Assembly (NCBI GenBank): GCA_946539455.1
Contig: CAMNHL010000008.1
Location: forward strand, 6,331-70,330
Source of the DNA: an uncultured Bacteroidales bacterium
GTDB lineage: Bacteria; Bacteroidota; Bacteroidia; Bacteroidales; UBA932
Direction of reading: 5' to 3'
DNA: 64,000 nucleotides
The notes beneath the pieces were generated by a model. The model saw only the letters and a list, made by a program, of their open reading frames with translations, did not search any database and was not told the DNA's origin. The position numbers were made by a program, and so were the translations under genes. Numbering within the stretch: the first letter of the stretch is position 1; each line of letters begins with the position of its first letter. Positions 1 through 13,114 of the stretch are shown one piece after another.

Positions 1-150
1 TCCAGCGCCCTAACGATGGAGGAATGCTATCGGATCCTGAGGTCCAGGAGCCTCTTCACCCATAAGATAGCGCAGCCTGTGTTAAAGAATTATACTGTGA
101 AGCTGCACCCTTGGGGCGCCGACATGCAGTTCCTCCTCATACCCGAATAG
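1..150 (+). CDS. 3' end of a CDS entering from the left (product unknown)
   Basis: Frame 1 is open from base 1 (SSALTMEECYRILRS...MQFLLIPE) to TAG at 148-150, 1 nt before the next ATG, as in an operon. Confidence 0.6.
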   Translation, partial: SSALTMEECYRILRSRSLFTHKIAQPVLKNYTVKLHPWGADMQFLLIPE

Positions 151-151
151 A

Positions 152-922
152 ATGTTCAAAATAAGCATAGCTCCTGAAGAAATAGACTCTCTGCCGCTCG
201 GAGCCTTCCCGGGCGAAATCAAGGTCATAGACAAGCCTGGCCTCGAGTACGAAAAGGCAATATTCTACCTTCGCCGGCAGAAGGTCCTCGGGTTCGATAC
301 CGAGAGCCGCCCCGTCTTCAGCCCCGGTCATCACAACAACGGTGTCGCGCTGCTGCAGCTGTCCGGCCCCAAGCGGGCTTATCTTTTCAGGGTACAGACC
401 CTCGGGATGCGGCGCTCGCTCTGCTCCATACTGGCCAGTGAAAAGATAACCAAAGTCGGAGCCGCAGCCCTGGATGACATACGCGGCCTGCAGAGGCTGC
501 ATGGTTTTACGGCCGCCGGCTTCGTAGACCTGCAGAAGATAGCCTGGGAGTGGGGCATACGCGACAAGAGCGTCAAGAAGCTCGCTGCGAACATACTCGG
601 CTGCAGGATATCCAAGGCCCAGCAGCTCAGCAACTGGGAAGCCACTTCACTCACCGAGGCCCAGTGCCGTTATGCGGCAACCGACGCCTGGGTCTGCAGG
701 GAGATGTATCTGAAGCTTCTGGGCTCCGAGCGCCATCCGCTGACCCCCGAGGAATTGCTGCCTCCGCAGGACCAGCAGGCCCATCAGCAGGCGCAGGCCC
801 GCAAGGAGGCTGCCCAGAAGAAGCAGGAAGAAGAACAGAAAGCGGCCCGCGCACGTCGGGCACGCCGCAGGAAAAAGAAGAAATCCCATGATAAAACTGA
901 TACTGAAAAAGGGCAGGGATGA
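152..922 (+). CDS. DEDDy 3'-5' exonuclease (RNase D/WRN-exo-like) with a charged C-terminal tail
   Basis: ExoI GFDTE, LLQL, SNW, YAATDAW motifs. Confidence 0.9.
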   Translation: MFKISIAPEEIDSLPLGAFPGEIKVIDKPGLEYEKAIFYLRRQKVLGFDTESRPVFSPGHHNNGVALLQLSGPKRAYLFRVQTLGMRRSLCSILASEKITKVGAAALDDIRGLQRLHGFTAAGFVDLQKIAWEWGIRDKSVKKLAANILGCRISKAQQLSNWEATSLTEAQCRYAATDAWVCREMYLKLLGSERHPLTPEELLPPQDQQAHQQAQARKEAAQKKQEEEQKAARARRARRRKKKKSHDKTDTEKGQG

Positions 923-2075
923 GTCCCTGCGGCGCTTCCATCCCTGGGTCTTCTCCGGCGCGATAGCCCAGATACAGGGCTCGCCCAGGGAAGGGGACCT
1001 TGTTGCCGTACACGACTGCGAGGGCAATTATCTTGCATGCGGTCATTATCAGGTGGGCTCGATAGCGGTGCGCATACTCAGCTTCACCGCAGATCCCAAG
1101 TCCCCGTCGTTCTGGAAAGACGCCATCGCCAGGGCTTTTGCCGAGCGGCAGGCCCTCGGGCTTCCGTCTCCGCAGACCAATTGCTTCCGCCTGGTACATG
1201 GCGAGGGCGACGGCCTTCCCGGTCTTATCATCGACTGGTACGACGGTGTATGCGTCATGCAGGCTCACAGCGTAGGAATGTTCCGTGCCAAGTCCCGCAT
1301 CTGCGAGGCTCTGCAGGAAGTTTTCGGCGATTCGCTCAAGGCTGTGTACGACAAAAGTTCCGGTACCGCGCCCTTCAAGGCCGGCCTGGAACTGATAGAC
1401 GGATTCCTTTACAGGGCACCGGGCTTCGCTTCCAACGAGCTCACGGTCCTGGAAAACGGACACAGTTTTATCGTTAACTGGGTGGAAGGACAGAAAACCG
1501 GATTCTTCCTCGACCAGCGGGAGAACCGGGCCCTTGTAGGGCGTTATGCCTCTTCGCGCAGCGTCCTGAACCTCTTTTGCTATACCGGAGGATTCAGCAT
1601 ATACGCACTTGCGGCAGGAGCCCGCTGCGTTGACAGCGTAGATTCATCGGCACGCGCCATGGCCCTGGTGGACCGCAACGTGGAAGCCAACGGATTCAGC
1701 GATCGCCACAAGAGTCTCTGTTGCGATGCGATCGACTATCTTTCGAGTGTTCCCGAGGGCAAGTACGACCTCATAATCGTTGATCCTCCGGCATTTGCCA
1801 AGCACAGGGGAGTGCTCAAGAACGCGCTCCGCGCATACCAGAGGCTCAATGCCGCAGCAATATCGAAGGTCGCTCCGGGAGGACTGGTCTTTACCTTCAG
1901 CTGTTCGCAGGTGGTGGACAAGACGGCATTTGCCGAGCTTGTGTTCAGCGCCGCCGCCCAGACCGGAAGGAGCGTGAGGATACTCGACCGCCTGTGCCAG
2001 GGCGGCGACCACCCCGTCAGCATCTATCATCCCGAGGGAGAATACCTCAAGGGACTCTTACTGTACGTCGAGTGA
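888..2075 (+). CDS. rlmI: 23S rRNA m5C1962 methyltransferase, RlmI family
   Basis: PUA-like HPWVFSG, GQKTGFFLDQRENR, VLNLFCYTGGF, DPPAF. Confidence 0.88.
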   Translation: MIKLILKKGRDESLRRFHPWVFSGAIAQIQGSPREGDLVAVHDCEGNYLACGHYQVGSIAVRILSFTADPKSPSFWKDAIARAFAERQALGLPSPQTNCFRLVHGEGDGLPGLIIDWYDGVCVMQAHSVGMFRAKSRICEALQEVFGDSLKAVYDKSSGTAPFKAGLELIDGFLYRAPGFASNELTVLENGHSFIVNWVEGQKTGFFLDQRENRALVGRYASSRSVLNLFCYTGGFSIYALAAGARCVDSVDSSARAMALVDRNVEANGFSDRHKSLCCDAIDYLSSVPEGKYDLIIVDPPAFAKHRGVLKNALRAYQRLNAAAISKVAPGGLVFTFSCSQVVDKTAFAELVFSAAAQTGRSVRILDRLCQGGDHPVSIYHPEGEYLKGLLLYVE

Positions 2076-3302
2076 TATAAGCTCCAGCAGCTTGTCGATG
2101 GCCTCGTAATCGGGTATGTGCCTGAGTACGGGCTGCCCCTTACGGTATATCGACACTCGTCCTCCGCCTTCTCCGACATAACCCCAGTCGGCGTCCGCCA
2201 TTTCGCCCGGGCCGTTCACAATGCAGCCCATGACGGCGATTACCATGCCCTTGAGGTGGGCTGTGCGCCGCTTGACCTGTTCAAAAGTCTCTTCGAGATT
2301 GTACATCGTACGTCCGCAGCCGGGGCAGGCTATGTACTCGGGGCGGTAGAAGCGCCGGCGTGCGGCTTGCATGATCTCGTCTTCGAGGTGGGAATCTATC
2401 CCGGCAGCAGGAGGAATCGCATCGATTTCGCGGTCCAGCAGGCGCGGCCCCCATTCTATGGCAGCATCGAGCACGGGATCGTGCCGTGACACTCCGCCGG
2501 GGCTGAAACTGTCTGCAAGATAAGAAGCTACCGGCAGTTCATTGACCGGAGGCTCGGTTAGCGACACCCTTATGGTATCGCCTATGCCTTCCCTGAGAAG
2601 CGAGGCTATGCCGACGCAGGATTTTATGCGGCCGGCCTCGCCGTTGCCGGCTTCCGTTACGCCCAGATGCATGGGGAATACGACACCGTATTCTTTCATC
2701 ATGCGTGCGAGCTCCCTGTAAGCCTGCACCATCACCACGGTGTTCGAAGCCTTGAGTGACACGACTACATTGAAGAAGGACGCATCGATGCACATCTGCA
2801 GCCACTCCATTGCGGCTTTTGCCATGGCCTGCGGCGTATTGCCGTACAACTCGGTTATATACTTGCCAAGTGAGCCGTGATTGAGCCCTACGCGGACAGC
2901 CGTTCCGTGGGTGCGGCAGACTTCCAGGAATTCGGCGAACTTGCGGCGCGCGACCATGTGGTCCGGATGAAAATTGCCGGGGTTTATCCTGACTTTTTCC
3001 ACTATACGGGCGCATGCGATCGCAGTGTCTGACGAAAAATGGATGTCGGCTACCAGAGGCACCATGCACCCGGCTTCGCGGAGGCGCGAATGGATCTCTT
3101 CAAGCGCGGGGACGTCCTGCAGTCCAGGCACCGTCACCCTTATCATTTCGGCTCCCGCGGCGGCAAGCTGGCGACATTGCGCCAGCGTCGCGTCTACGTC
3201 GCCAGTGTGGGTGTTGCACATGGTCTGCACGACGATGGGATGGCCACCGCCGATGACGAGCCTGTCACCGACCCGTACCTCAATTGTCTTGATTCTCTCC
3301 AT
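2058..3302 (-). CDS. ispG: HMBPP synthase IspG
   Basis: VQTM, PLVADIHF, RINPGN, HLGVTEAG, GDTIRVSL, CPGCGR, MGCIVNGPGE. Confidence 0.96.
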   Translation of the reverse strand: MERIKTIEVRVGDRLVIGGGHPIVVQTMCNTHTGDVDATLAQCRQLAAAGAEMIRVTVPGLQDVPALEEIHSRLREAGCMVPLVADIHFSSDTAIACARIVEKVRINPGNFHPDHMVARRKFAEFLEVCRTHGTAVRVGLNHGSLGKYITELYGNTPQAMAKAAMEWLQMCIDASFFNVVVSLKASNTVVMVQAYRELARMMKEYGVVFPMHLGVTEAGNGEAGRIKSCVGIASLLREGIGDTIRVSLTEPPVNELPVASYLADSFSPGGVSRHDPVLDAAIEWGPRLLDREIDAIPPAAGIDSHLEDEIMQAARRRFYRPEYIACPGCGRTMYNLEETFEQVKRRTAHLKGMVIAVMGCIVNGPGEMADADWGYVGEGGGRVSIYRKGQPVLRHIPDYEAIDKLLELISLDVQ

Positions 3303-4131
3303 AGACTATGGCTCTTGCTTCCTGCCGCAACTGTCTGTTCGTGCGGCCGGTACGTTTGGTAAGCTGGAAATATACTCCAAAAGTAACGGAAATGTCGATA
3401 GGATTGGCGAAGCGGTAATAGTAGGTGTTGTACGGGTGGAATACGGAGTTCTCGTAATCGGGCTCGTAGAGGTTCTGCAGGCTCCATCGGCCGAGAACAT
3501 TGAGATGCAGCTCGACCGGGTCGAACATGTATCCCAGGCCCACACCTCCTATGATTCCGTAATCGAAGCGCCTTTCGTAGTCGCGGAACTTGTTCTGGAA
3601 TTCCTCGTCGAGATAAATGCCGCTTCTGGTTACTGACAGCCTGTATCCCACATATCCTCCCAGGTTCGCAAGGACCTTGAAGGGATACGAATCCACATGG
3701 ATCTGCATCATCGCCGGCATCTCCACGGTTTCCATCGACTGGTAAGTGGCTCCGTCAATGTAGCCCTGGGGCAGGCCGGTCTCGGGATTGTCCTTGAACC
3801 TGGCTCCGGAATGCGAGTACGACAGTCCGATGGTAAGCCCGAAATAGGGGATATAGTTGAACATCTTTTCGTGATGCGTGTACATCACGGAAAAGTATGT
3901 GGGATTGAAGATGAAGTCGGTGCCCATCTTGTAGGGATTGAAGAAGATGGTGGAGAAAGTCGCGCCGTAATTGACTCCGATGAGGGAATAATCGTTGATC
4001 GCGCCCCGGGTAAGCTGGTTGTAGTCCAGCGAGTCGAGGTACTCCGTGGAATACTCCAGGGTGTCGGTCTGCGCACCAAGGCGCGTCAAGGCCGCACACA
4101 GCAACAAGGTTATAGTGAGGAACTTTCTCAT
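3280..4131 (-). CDS. Outer-membrane beta-barrel protein (PorT/OMP_b-brl-like)
   Basis: Signal peptide, alternating beta-strand pattern, FDYGIIGGVGLGY. Confidence 0.7.
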   Translation of the reverse strand: MRKFLTITLLLCAALTRLGAQTDTLEYSTEYLDSLDYNQLTRGAINDYSLIGVNYGATFSTIFFNPYKMGTDFIFNPTYFSVMYTHHEKMFNYIPYFGLTIGLSYSHSGARFKDNPETGLPQGYIDGATYQSMETVEMPAMMQIHVDSYPFKVLANLGGYVGYRLSVTRSGIYLDEEFQNKFRDYERRFDYGIIGGVGLGYMFDPVELHLNVLGRWSLQNLYEPDYENSVFHPYNTYYYRFANPIDISVTFGVYFQLTKRTGRTNRQLRQEARAIVYGENQDN

Positions 4132-5921
4132 AGGACTTCGAGAAGGCGTTGGATGTCAATGGGCTGTTCTATTTCCGCTCCCTCGGGGATGTCCAGGAAG
4201 TCTTCTTCGCCGAAGGTCGCATATATGACCGCCTCGGGCTGACGGCGTTCCAGCAGGGAACCTGTATCTACTATGGAGTTCCGGTTGCCGTCGTCGGTAA
4301 TCCTGATGGAGTACTTGCCTGCCTTGAGATAGGGGAAAACCAGGGTGGTGTCGGAATTGATGATGTAGGAACGGAGCACGTCCTGACGTTTTTCGTCCTG
4401 TAGATCGACTATTATCTTGCGGTCCACTCCCGAGAAGGGTATGGAAAGGGTGCTGAGCTTGTCGTCGGACGGAAGCATGACCTTGACGCGCGTACTGTCG
4501 GAATAGAAGCCGCCGATGTCGCGGAATGCCCTGTGCGGTATCCTGAGCGTGTATTCATATCCGGGCAGCATCTTTTCTGCAGGCCGTATGATGTACTGCC
4601 TGATGTTCATGCTGTCCCGCTCCACCGTGACCTTGCCCTTGAATTCCTTCTGCTTGGGATTGAGGTAGCGGAAGTCCAGGGAATCGAAATTCTCGTAGAT
4701 GATGGGATTGGAGAATTCCAGCAGGAAGCCGTTCTGCTCCACCGTCTCGGGGGTGGCGGTAAGCTTGAAGACGCAGGTAGTGTCTTCGTGCTTGATATCC
4801 TTGCGGCGCATGCGCTTGAGGACTTTCTTGCCCTCTGGCATGGGAAGCTTGAGATGCTCCAGGCTCGGCGTGAACTTGCCGGTGGAATCGGTCATCCTGT
4901 AATTTACAAAGAGATGCAGTGTGTCGGGGGCGGGTTTACGGTTGTTTATCCAAATCTCGAGACTGTCCTGCAGGATGTTGAACTGCGAGATGATCTCGCC
5001 CGATTTGTAGCCGCGTACCCACAGGGAGTCAATCCAAACGTATGGGGCGTGGAATGTGATGTATGCCGACCTGTCGGCGGTACGTACCCGGTTCACGAGG
5101 TATTGCCTGGAAGGCTTCTCCCGGAAGAGGCGCATTTTGTAATCTACCCGGCGTGCCTCGCACATGAGGGTGTCGAGCATATCGTACTTGAGCATCTCGG
5201 GAAGGGTGTCGGCTACGTGTACGACGGGGCGCACCAGCGAATCCACGAATGCGACCAGGTCGTTCTCGGGATCGTAGATGTTGTCGCCGGCCTGGTCCTT
5301 GATGGCATACAGCCTGTATGTCGTGTCCTGCAGGTAGGGAAGACAGAAATAGCCCCAGTCGTCGGTCTTTACAGCGGCTACAGGCCTCTTGAGGAAGAGT
5401 GCCGAATCGGAGTGGTCCTTATACAGCATCGCCGTCACTCCCTTGACAGGTTTGAGCGTGTTGCAGTCGAGGATCTTGCCGGTCAGCAGCAGCGAGTCTA
5501 TGGAATTCCCGGTAGAGAATACATAGGTGTATCCGGGGAACATGTTGCCCTCGTTGTTGTCGGCAATGGCGTCGGAAAGGTTTATCGTGTATGTCGTGTT
5601 GGAATCCAGCGGCTCTTCGAACTGCACGATGAGGGATTTCCCCCTGATTCTCGCCTTGGGAGACTTCTCCTGCGGCGGGGACAGGAAGATGTTCTTCATG
5701 TTCTTTATCGTGACATATTCGTCGAACACGAATTCTATCTTGGTCTTTTCTCGGGGCACGTTGACTGTCCCGGGGAAGGGCTTGATGTCCACGATGAGAG
5801 GGGGGAGCGTATCCTTGTCGCCGCCGGTGGGAGACTGCGTGGTGTTCGCGCATGAATGCACGAATAACATAGGCAGGAATATCGCGGCTGCGACAATCTC
5901 TGGTATGTATCTCTTCATCAT
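4128..5921 (-). CDS. Ig-like (Big_5) domain lipoprotein
   Basis: Lipobox HSC, then PTGGDKDTLPP, FDEY, NTTYTINL, DNNEGN, typical of this Bacteroidota family. Confidence 0.8.
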   Translation of the reverse strand: MMKRYIPEIVAAAIFLPMLFVHSCANTTQSPTGGDKDTLPPLIVDIKPFPGTVNVPREKTKIEFVFDEYVTIKNMKNIFLSPPQEKSPKARIRGKSLIVQFEEPLDSNTTYTINLSDAIADNNEGNMFPGYTYVFSTGNSIDSLLLTGKILDCNTLKPVKGVTAMLYKDHSDSALFLKRPVAAVKTDDWGYFCLPYLQDTTYRLYAIKDQAGDNIYDPENDLVAFVDSLVRPVVHVADTLPEMLKYDMLDTLMCEARRVDYKMRLFREKPSRQYLVNRVRTADRSAYITFHAPYVWIDSLWVRGYKSGEIISQFNILQDSLEIWINNRKPAPDTLHLFVNYRMTDSTGKFTPSLEHLKLPMPEGKKVLKRMRRKDIKHEDTTCVFKLTATPETVEQNGFLLEFSNPIIYENFDSLDFRYLNPKQKEFKGKVTVERDSMNIRQYIIRPAEKMLPGYEYTLRIPHRAFRDIGGFYSDSTRVKVMLPSDDKLSTLSIPFSGVDRKIIVDLQDEKRQDVLRSYIINSDTTLVFPYLKAGKYSIRITDDGNRNSIVDTGSLLERRQPEAVIYATFGEEDFLDIPEGAEIEQPIDIQRLLEVL

Positions 5922-7603
5922 AATTCGCTGATCACTACATCATCTATGCCGTCAATCTGACGGAGTGCGTTTTCTATGTCTTCCAGAAGGCCCGGCCGGT
6001 TGGAGCCTTGGAGCGAGACCCGCAGGGTAATGTCGCTCTTGCGGCTGTCTTCCATGTCTTTGAGGAAAGCCTCGCCGCGGTTGAACTGTTCGTCGCCGGC
6101 GGATTTGAGGAACTCGAGGACCTTCCGCCTTGCGTGGCGCGTCTGCAGGAAAGAAAGCCATTCCGGCTTGGGGCTCGAGCGGCGCGCTGTAAGTATTTCG
6201 ACCAGGTCCCCGTTCCGCAGTTTGCGCGAAAGGGGAACCAGCTTCATGTTGACCTTCGCGGCGATTGCCTGGTTGCCGATTCCGGTATGCACGGTGTATG
6301 CAAAATCCAGCACCGTGGAGCCCTTGGGGATGCTGCGCTGCTCTCCGGCAGGAGTGAATACCACGATGCTCTTTGTGGAGAGTTCGTCCTGGATTATGTC
6401 GAGCAGGTCGAGGGAATCGACGTCGTCGCTGCTTATTATCTCCTGGACCTTCTTGAGCCAGCGGTCAACCTGGGTGTCGTTCTCCGAGAGGTAGCCGTCC
6501 TGCTTGTAGCTCCAATGGGCTGCGATACCTTTTTCTGCGATGTCGTCCATCCTGCGGGAACGTATCTGGACTTCCACCCAGATTCCGGCCTTGCTCATTA
6601 CGGTGCAGTGCAGGGCCTCGTAACCGTTGGGCTTGGGCTGGCGTATCCAGTTCCTGAGCCGGTTGGGCTTGTCGGGGTACATGGAGATAATGGTCTGGTA
6701 TATTTCGAAGGCGGTGCGCCGTTCGGCGTCCGGGTCCCGCTGCCCAAGGTCGAAAATGATGCGGACGGCGTACAGGTCGTAAATCTGCTCGAAGCTGACG
6801 TGCTTGGTGAGCATCTTGTGCCAGATGGAGTACGGCGTCTTGATGCGCTTCTTTATTTCGAAGGAGAGCCCGGATGCGGTAAGCGCCTCGCTCACCGGTT
6901 CGATGAATTCGTCTATGTCTCTCGACCTCTGGGCGACGTCCCTGTCGATGCGTCTTTCGATCTCCTGGTATTCCTCGGGGTGCTTGTAGCGCAGCCAGAT
7001 GTTTTCCAGCTCCGATTTGACGGTGTACAGACCGAGCCTGTGCGCAAGCGGGATGAAGATCCCTTTTATTTCGTCCAGATATTTGTGGGCCTTGGCGGCG
7101 GTGTAAACGTCGATGTGGCGGCATTTGTCGAGCCTGTCGGCAAGTTTGATGAGCACCACCCTTACGTCGTCTCCCATGGTCAGGAGAACCCTCTTGAAAT
7201 TCTCCGCCTGCAAGTCCTCGCCGGACTCTTCCTCCTTGGGCGTCTCGGACGTGTCGAGGATTTTCCTCATCTGGGCGAGGCCGTCAACCAGTTGGGCTAC
7301 CTTGTTGCCGAACAGGTTGCGTATGGCGTCGGGGGCGTTGTCCACAAAAGCCGGAACGTCGATAAGCAGGGAAGCGCAGATTGACTTGTATCCGAGTCCT
7401 ATTGCCGAAACTACGATGGTCGCGATGCGTATGGGATGCAGGATGTACGTTTCTCCGTTGCCGAGTGCAGAGTCCTTATATGCTTCGCAGGCGTAATCGT
7501 ACGCCTTGCGTATCATGGCGATTTCGTCTTCCCCTTTGCATCGCGTGGCGGCAATGGAAAGGAGATTCTCGTATTCCTTTTTTACTGTTCTTTCGTCGCT
7601 CAT
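5918..7603 (-). CDS. RelA/SpoT family (p)ppGpp synthetase; degenerate HD domain, TGS domain, short C-terminus
   Basis: IKLADRL, PLAHRLGL, DLYAVR, PKPNGYEALH, EVQIRS, AAHWSYK, TGS motif DFAYTVHT. Confidence 0.92.
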   Translation of the reverse strand: MSDERTVKKEYENLLSIAATRCKGEDEIAMIRKAYDYACEAYKDSALGNGETYILHPIRIATIVVSAIGLGYKSICASLLIDVPAFVDNAPDAIRNLFGNKVAQLVDGLAQMRKILDTSETPKEEESGEDLQAENFKRVLLTMGDDVRVVLIKLADRLDKCRHIDVYTAAKAHKYLDEIKGIFIPLAHRLGLYTVKSELENIWLRYKHPEEYQEIERRIDRDVAQRSRDIDEFIEPVSEALTASGLSFEIKKRIKTPYSIWHKMLTKHVSFEQIYDLYAVRIIFDLGQRDPDAERRTAFEIYQTIISMYPDKPNRLRNWIRQPKPNGYEALHCTVMSKAGIWVEVQIRSRRMDDIAEKGIAAHWSYKQDGYLSENDTQVDRWLKKVQEIISSDDVDSLDLLDIIQDELSTKSIVVFTPAGEQRSIPKGSTVLDFAYTVHTGIGNQAIAAKVNMKLVPLSRKLRNGDLVEILTARRSSPKPEWLSFLQTRHARRKVLEFLKSAGDEQFNRGEAFLKDMEDSRKSDITLRVSLQGSNRPGLLEDIENALRQIDGIDDVVISEL

Positions 7604-8546
7604 TTCTTGATTCTCCGTTTTCTTGCAGGCTCATCCGGAAGGGTGAGGCCATAGCTTCGGACATTCTGGAAACTGTATGTCAGTTCCGCCCCGTAGATGA
7701 TTATCTGCCAGCTGAAGTTGAGCCAGATAAGGAAGAGCGGCACTGCAGCCAGGACTCCGTAAACAGCGTTGAGCCTGGCAACGAATACCTGGGTTTCGAG
7801 GTAGAGGTACTGGAAAACGACGAAGACGATTCCGGCTATCAGCGCCGAGCGCAGCGCATGTCGGTATTGCACCTGCGTGGCCGGAATGAACTTGTACATG
7901 GCCGACAGCGTAAACACAGTCACGATGTAGAAACCTATGTAACCCAGCAGTTTGGTGATGAACCTGAGGTCGGAAACGTCGAGACCCAGATATTTGGTGG
8001 CATTGGTGTAATATGCGATTCCGGCACCGAACAGCACCACTATGAAAGGGGTCAGCAGCAAGATGAGGAAGTAGAAGCCGAAGCGTTTGTAAATCTTGCG
8101 GGGAATCTTGCGTATGCCCCAGACGTTGTTGAAAACCCTTTCTACCTGGAACAGCATCCACAATATGGTCCAGAGGAACATGAGCGCCGAAACCAGTCCC
8201 ACGCCGCCGCTCTGGGCTACCTTGAGGATGTTGACGGCCTTTTCTTCGATGATGTTCAGGAGGGCAGGGTCAACCTGGGTGTTGAATGACTGCAGGAACG
8301 CCATGAAATATTCGTCGAGCCCCAGACCGCCTGTAACCGCGAAGGCGAAAGCCATGAGCGGGATGATGGCGAGGGCCACGAAGTAGCTGAGCGCCACGCA
8401 CTGGAAGCCCATGCGGTTTTCGGCGAAAGTGTTGACGGTTATGCGGATTATCTTTACAAGGCTCACGGCACGCCTGTACCACTTCGACGTTTTGCCGGTG
8501 TCGATTGTCCAGAGTCGGTCGGAGAAGAGGTCTGCGAGTTTTCCCA

Positions 8547-8547
<1 letters not shown>
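7600..8547 (-). CDS. YihY/BrkB family membrane protein
   Basis: ALSY, ERVFNNVW, YKFIP, YGVLAAVPLFLIWL...GAEL. Confidence 0.88.
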
Positions 8548-11950
<3,403 letters not shown>

Positions 11951-11969
11951 GAGACAGAGTTCGGACAAT

Positions 11970-12001
11970 AAAAAAACCGGCCCGCGAGGGTCGGTTTTTT
12001 T
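11970..12001. terminator. Bidirectional intrinsic terminator between pfk and the yegP-like gene
   Basis: AAAAAAACCGGCCC-GCGA-GGGTCGGTTTTTTT hairpin with A and T tails, between convergent genes. Confidence 0.9.
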
Positions 12002-12018
12002 GTGTCCGAGAAAGAAGA

Positions 12019-12351
12019 TTAGTCCAGTTCCTCAACAATGGGAGACTCGGGGGCGTTCTTCTGGACGGAGGCGATGCCGGCTTTCATGGTGCGCTCGGAA
12101 GCGTACATCTGGCTTGCTCCGATGACCTGTCCGTTGGAAGCCTTGAGATTGAAGAAAGGCTTGCCGTTCTTGGCTACCTTGACCTCGAAGCGCTCCGCGA
12201 TGGGGGCGTTCTTTCTGACTGACTCTACGCCGTTAAGGCAAGCTGTCTTGGTGGTGTAGCCCTCGCTGGTAAGGATTACCTGGCCGTTTGTGGCCTTGAG
12301 GTTGAACTGGAATTCTCCATTCTTGCGGAGAGAGATAACAAACTTTCCCAT
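12019..12351 (-). CDS. YegP family protein (two DUF1508 repeats)
   Basis: Internal repeat FNLKATNGQVI / FNLKASNGQVI. Confidence 0.9.
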   Translation of the reverse strand: MGKFVISLRKNGEFQFNLKATNGQVILTSEGYTTKTACLNGVESVRKNAPIAERFEVKVAKNGKPFFNLKASNGQVIGASQMYASERTMKAGIASVQKNAPESPIVEELD

Positions 12352-12418
12352 TTCTGAATAATTGATGTTTTGGCAAACATAACAAGTTTTTGTTAAATTT
12401 GCAATATATTTTTAAACT

Positions 12419-13114
12419 ATGCTCACGAATGCCGAAATCAAGCGCCTGCGCTCCCTCCGCGAAAAGAAATTCCGCGAAGAATGGGGCGAATTCCTCGTAG
12501 AAGGCGAAAAGATGGTGCAGGAGGCTCTGGATTCCGGATTCGAGGTCCTTCAGGTCATACGCGAAGACGAGCAGACCATGTCCCGCATCTCGGCCCTGAG
12601 CACGGCTCCGCCCGTAGCCGCCGTAGTGCGCAAGCCTGCACCCCGCAAGCTCGAACTCGGCCGCAGCCTTTACCTGGGGCTTGATTCCGTACGCGATCCG
12701 GGCAATATGGGTACGATCCTGCGTCTTGCAGACTGGTTCGGCATAAGCACCATATTCGCCAGCATGGACTGCGTGGAGATATTCAATCCCAAGGTAGTTC
12801 AGGCCTCTATGGGTTCAATCTTCCGGGTCGCCTGCGTGTATTGCGACCTCCCGGAGATATGCCGGCGTTTCCGTCAGCAGGATATGCCTGTTTACGGCAC
12901 CTTCCTCAATGGTTCCGATATCTATTCTCAACAGCTTGCGAGCGAGGGACTTATTATAGTAGGAAATGAGTCTAACGGCATCTCCGGCGAGGTAGCCGGG
13001 CAGGTGAGCACCCGTCTCACGATACCGTCATTCGCCGCTGGCGGACGCGGTCCCGAATCACTCAACGTCGCCACTGCTACCGCCGTGGTGCTTTCAGAAT
13101 TCCGCCGCAGATGA
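12419..13114 (+). CDS. TrmH/SpoU family RNA methyltransferase
   Basis: DPGNMGTILR, GNESNGI, ESLNVA; upstream promoter box TAAATTTG at 12394-12401. Confidence 0.92.
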   Translation: MLTNAEIKRLRSLREKKFREEWGEFLVEGEKMVQEALDSGFEVLQVIREDEQTMSRISALSTAPPVAAVVRKPAPRKLELGRSLYLGLDSVRDPGNMGTILRLADWFGISTIFASMDCVEIFNPKVVQASMGSIFRVACVYCDLPEICRRFRQQDMPVYGTFLNGSDIYSQQLASEGLIIVGNESNGISGEVAGQVSTRLTIPSFAAGGRGPESLNVATATAVVLSEFRRR

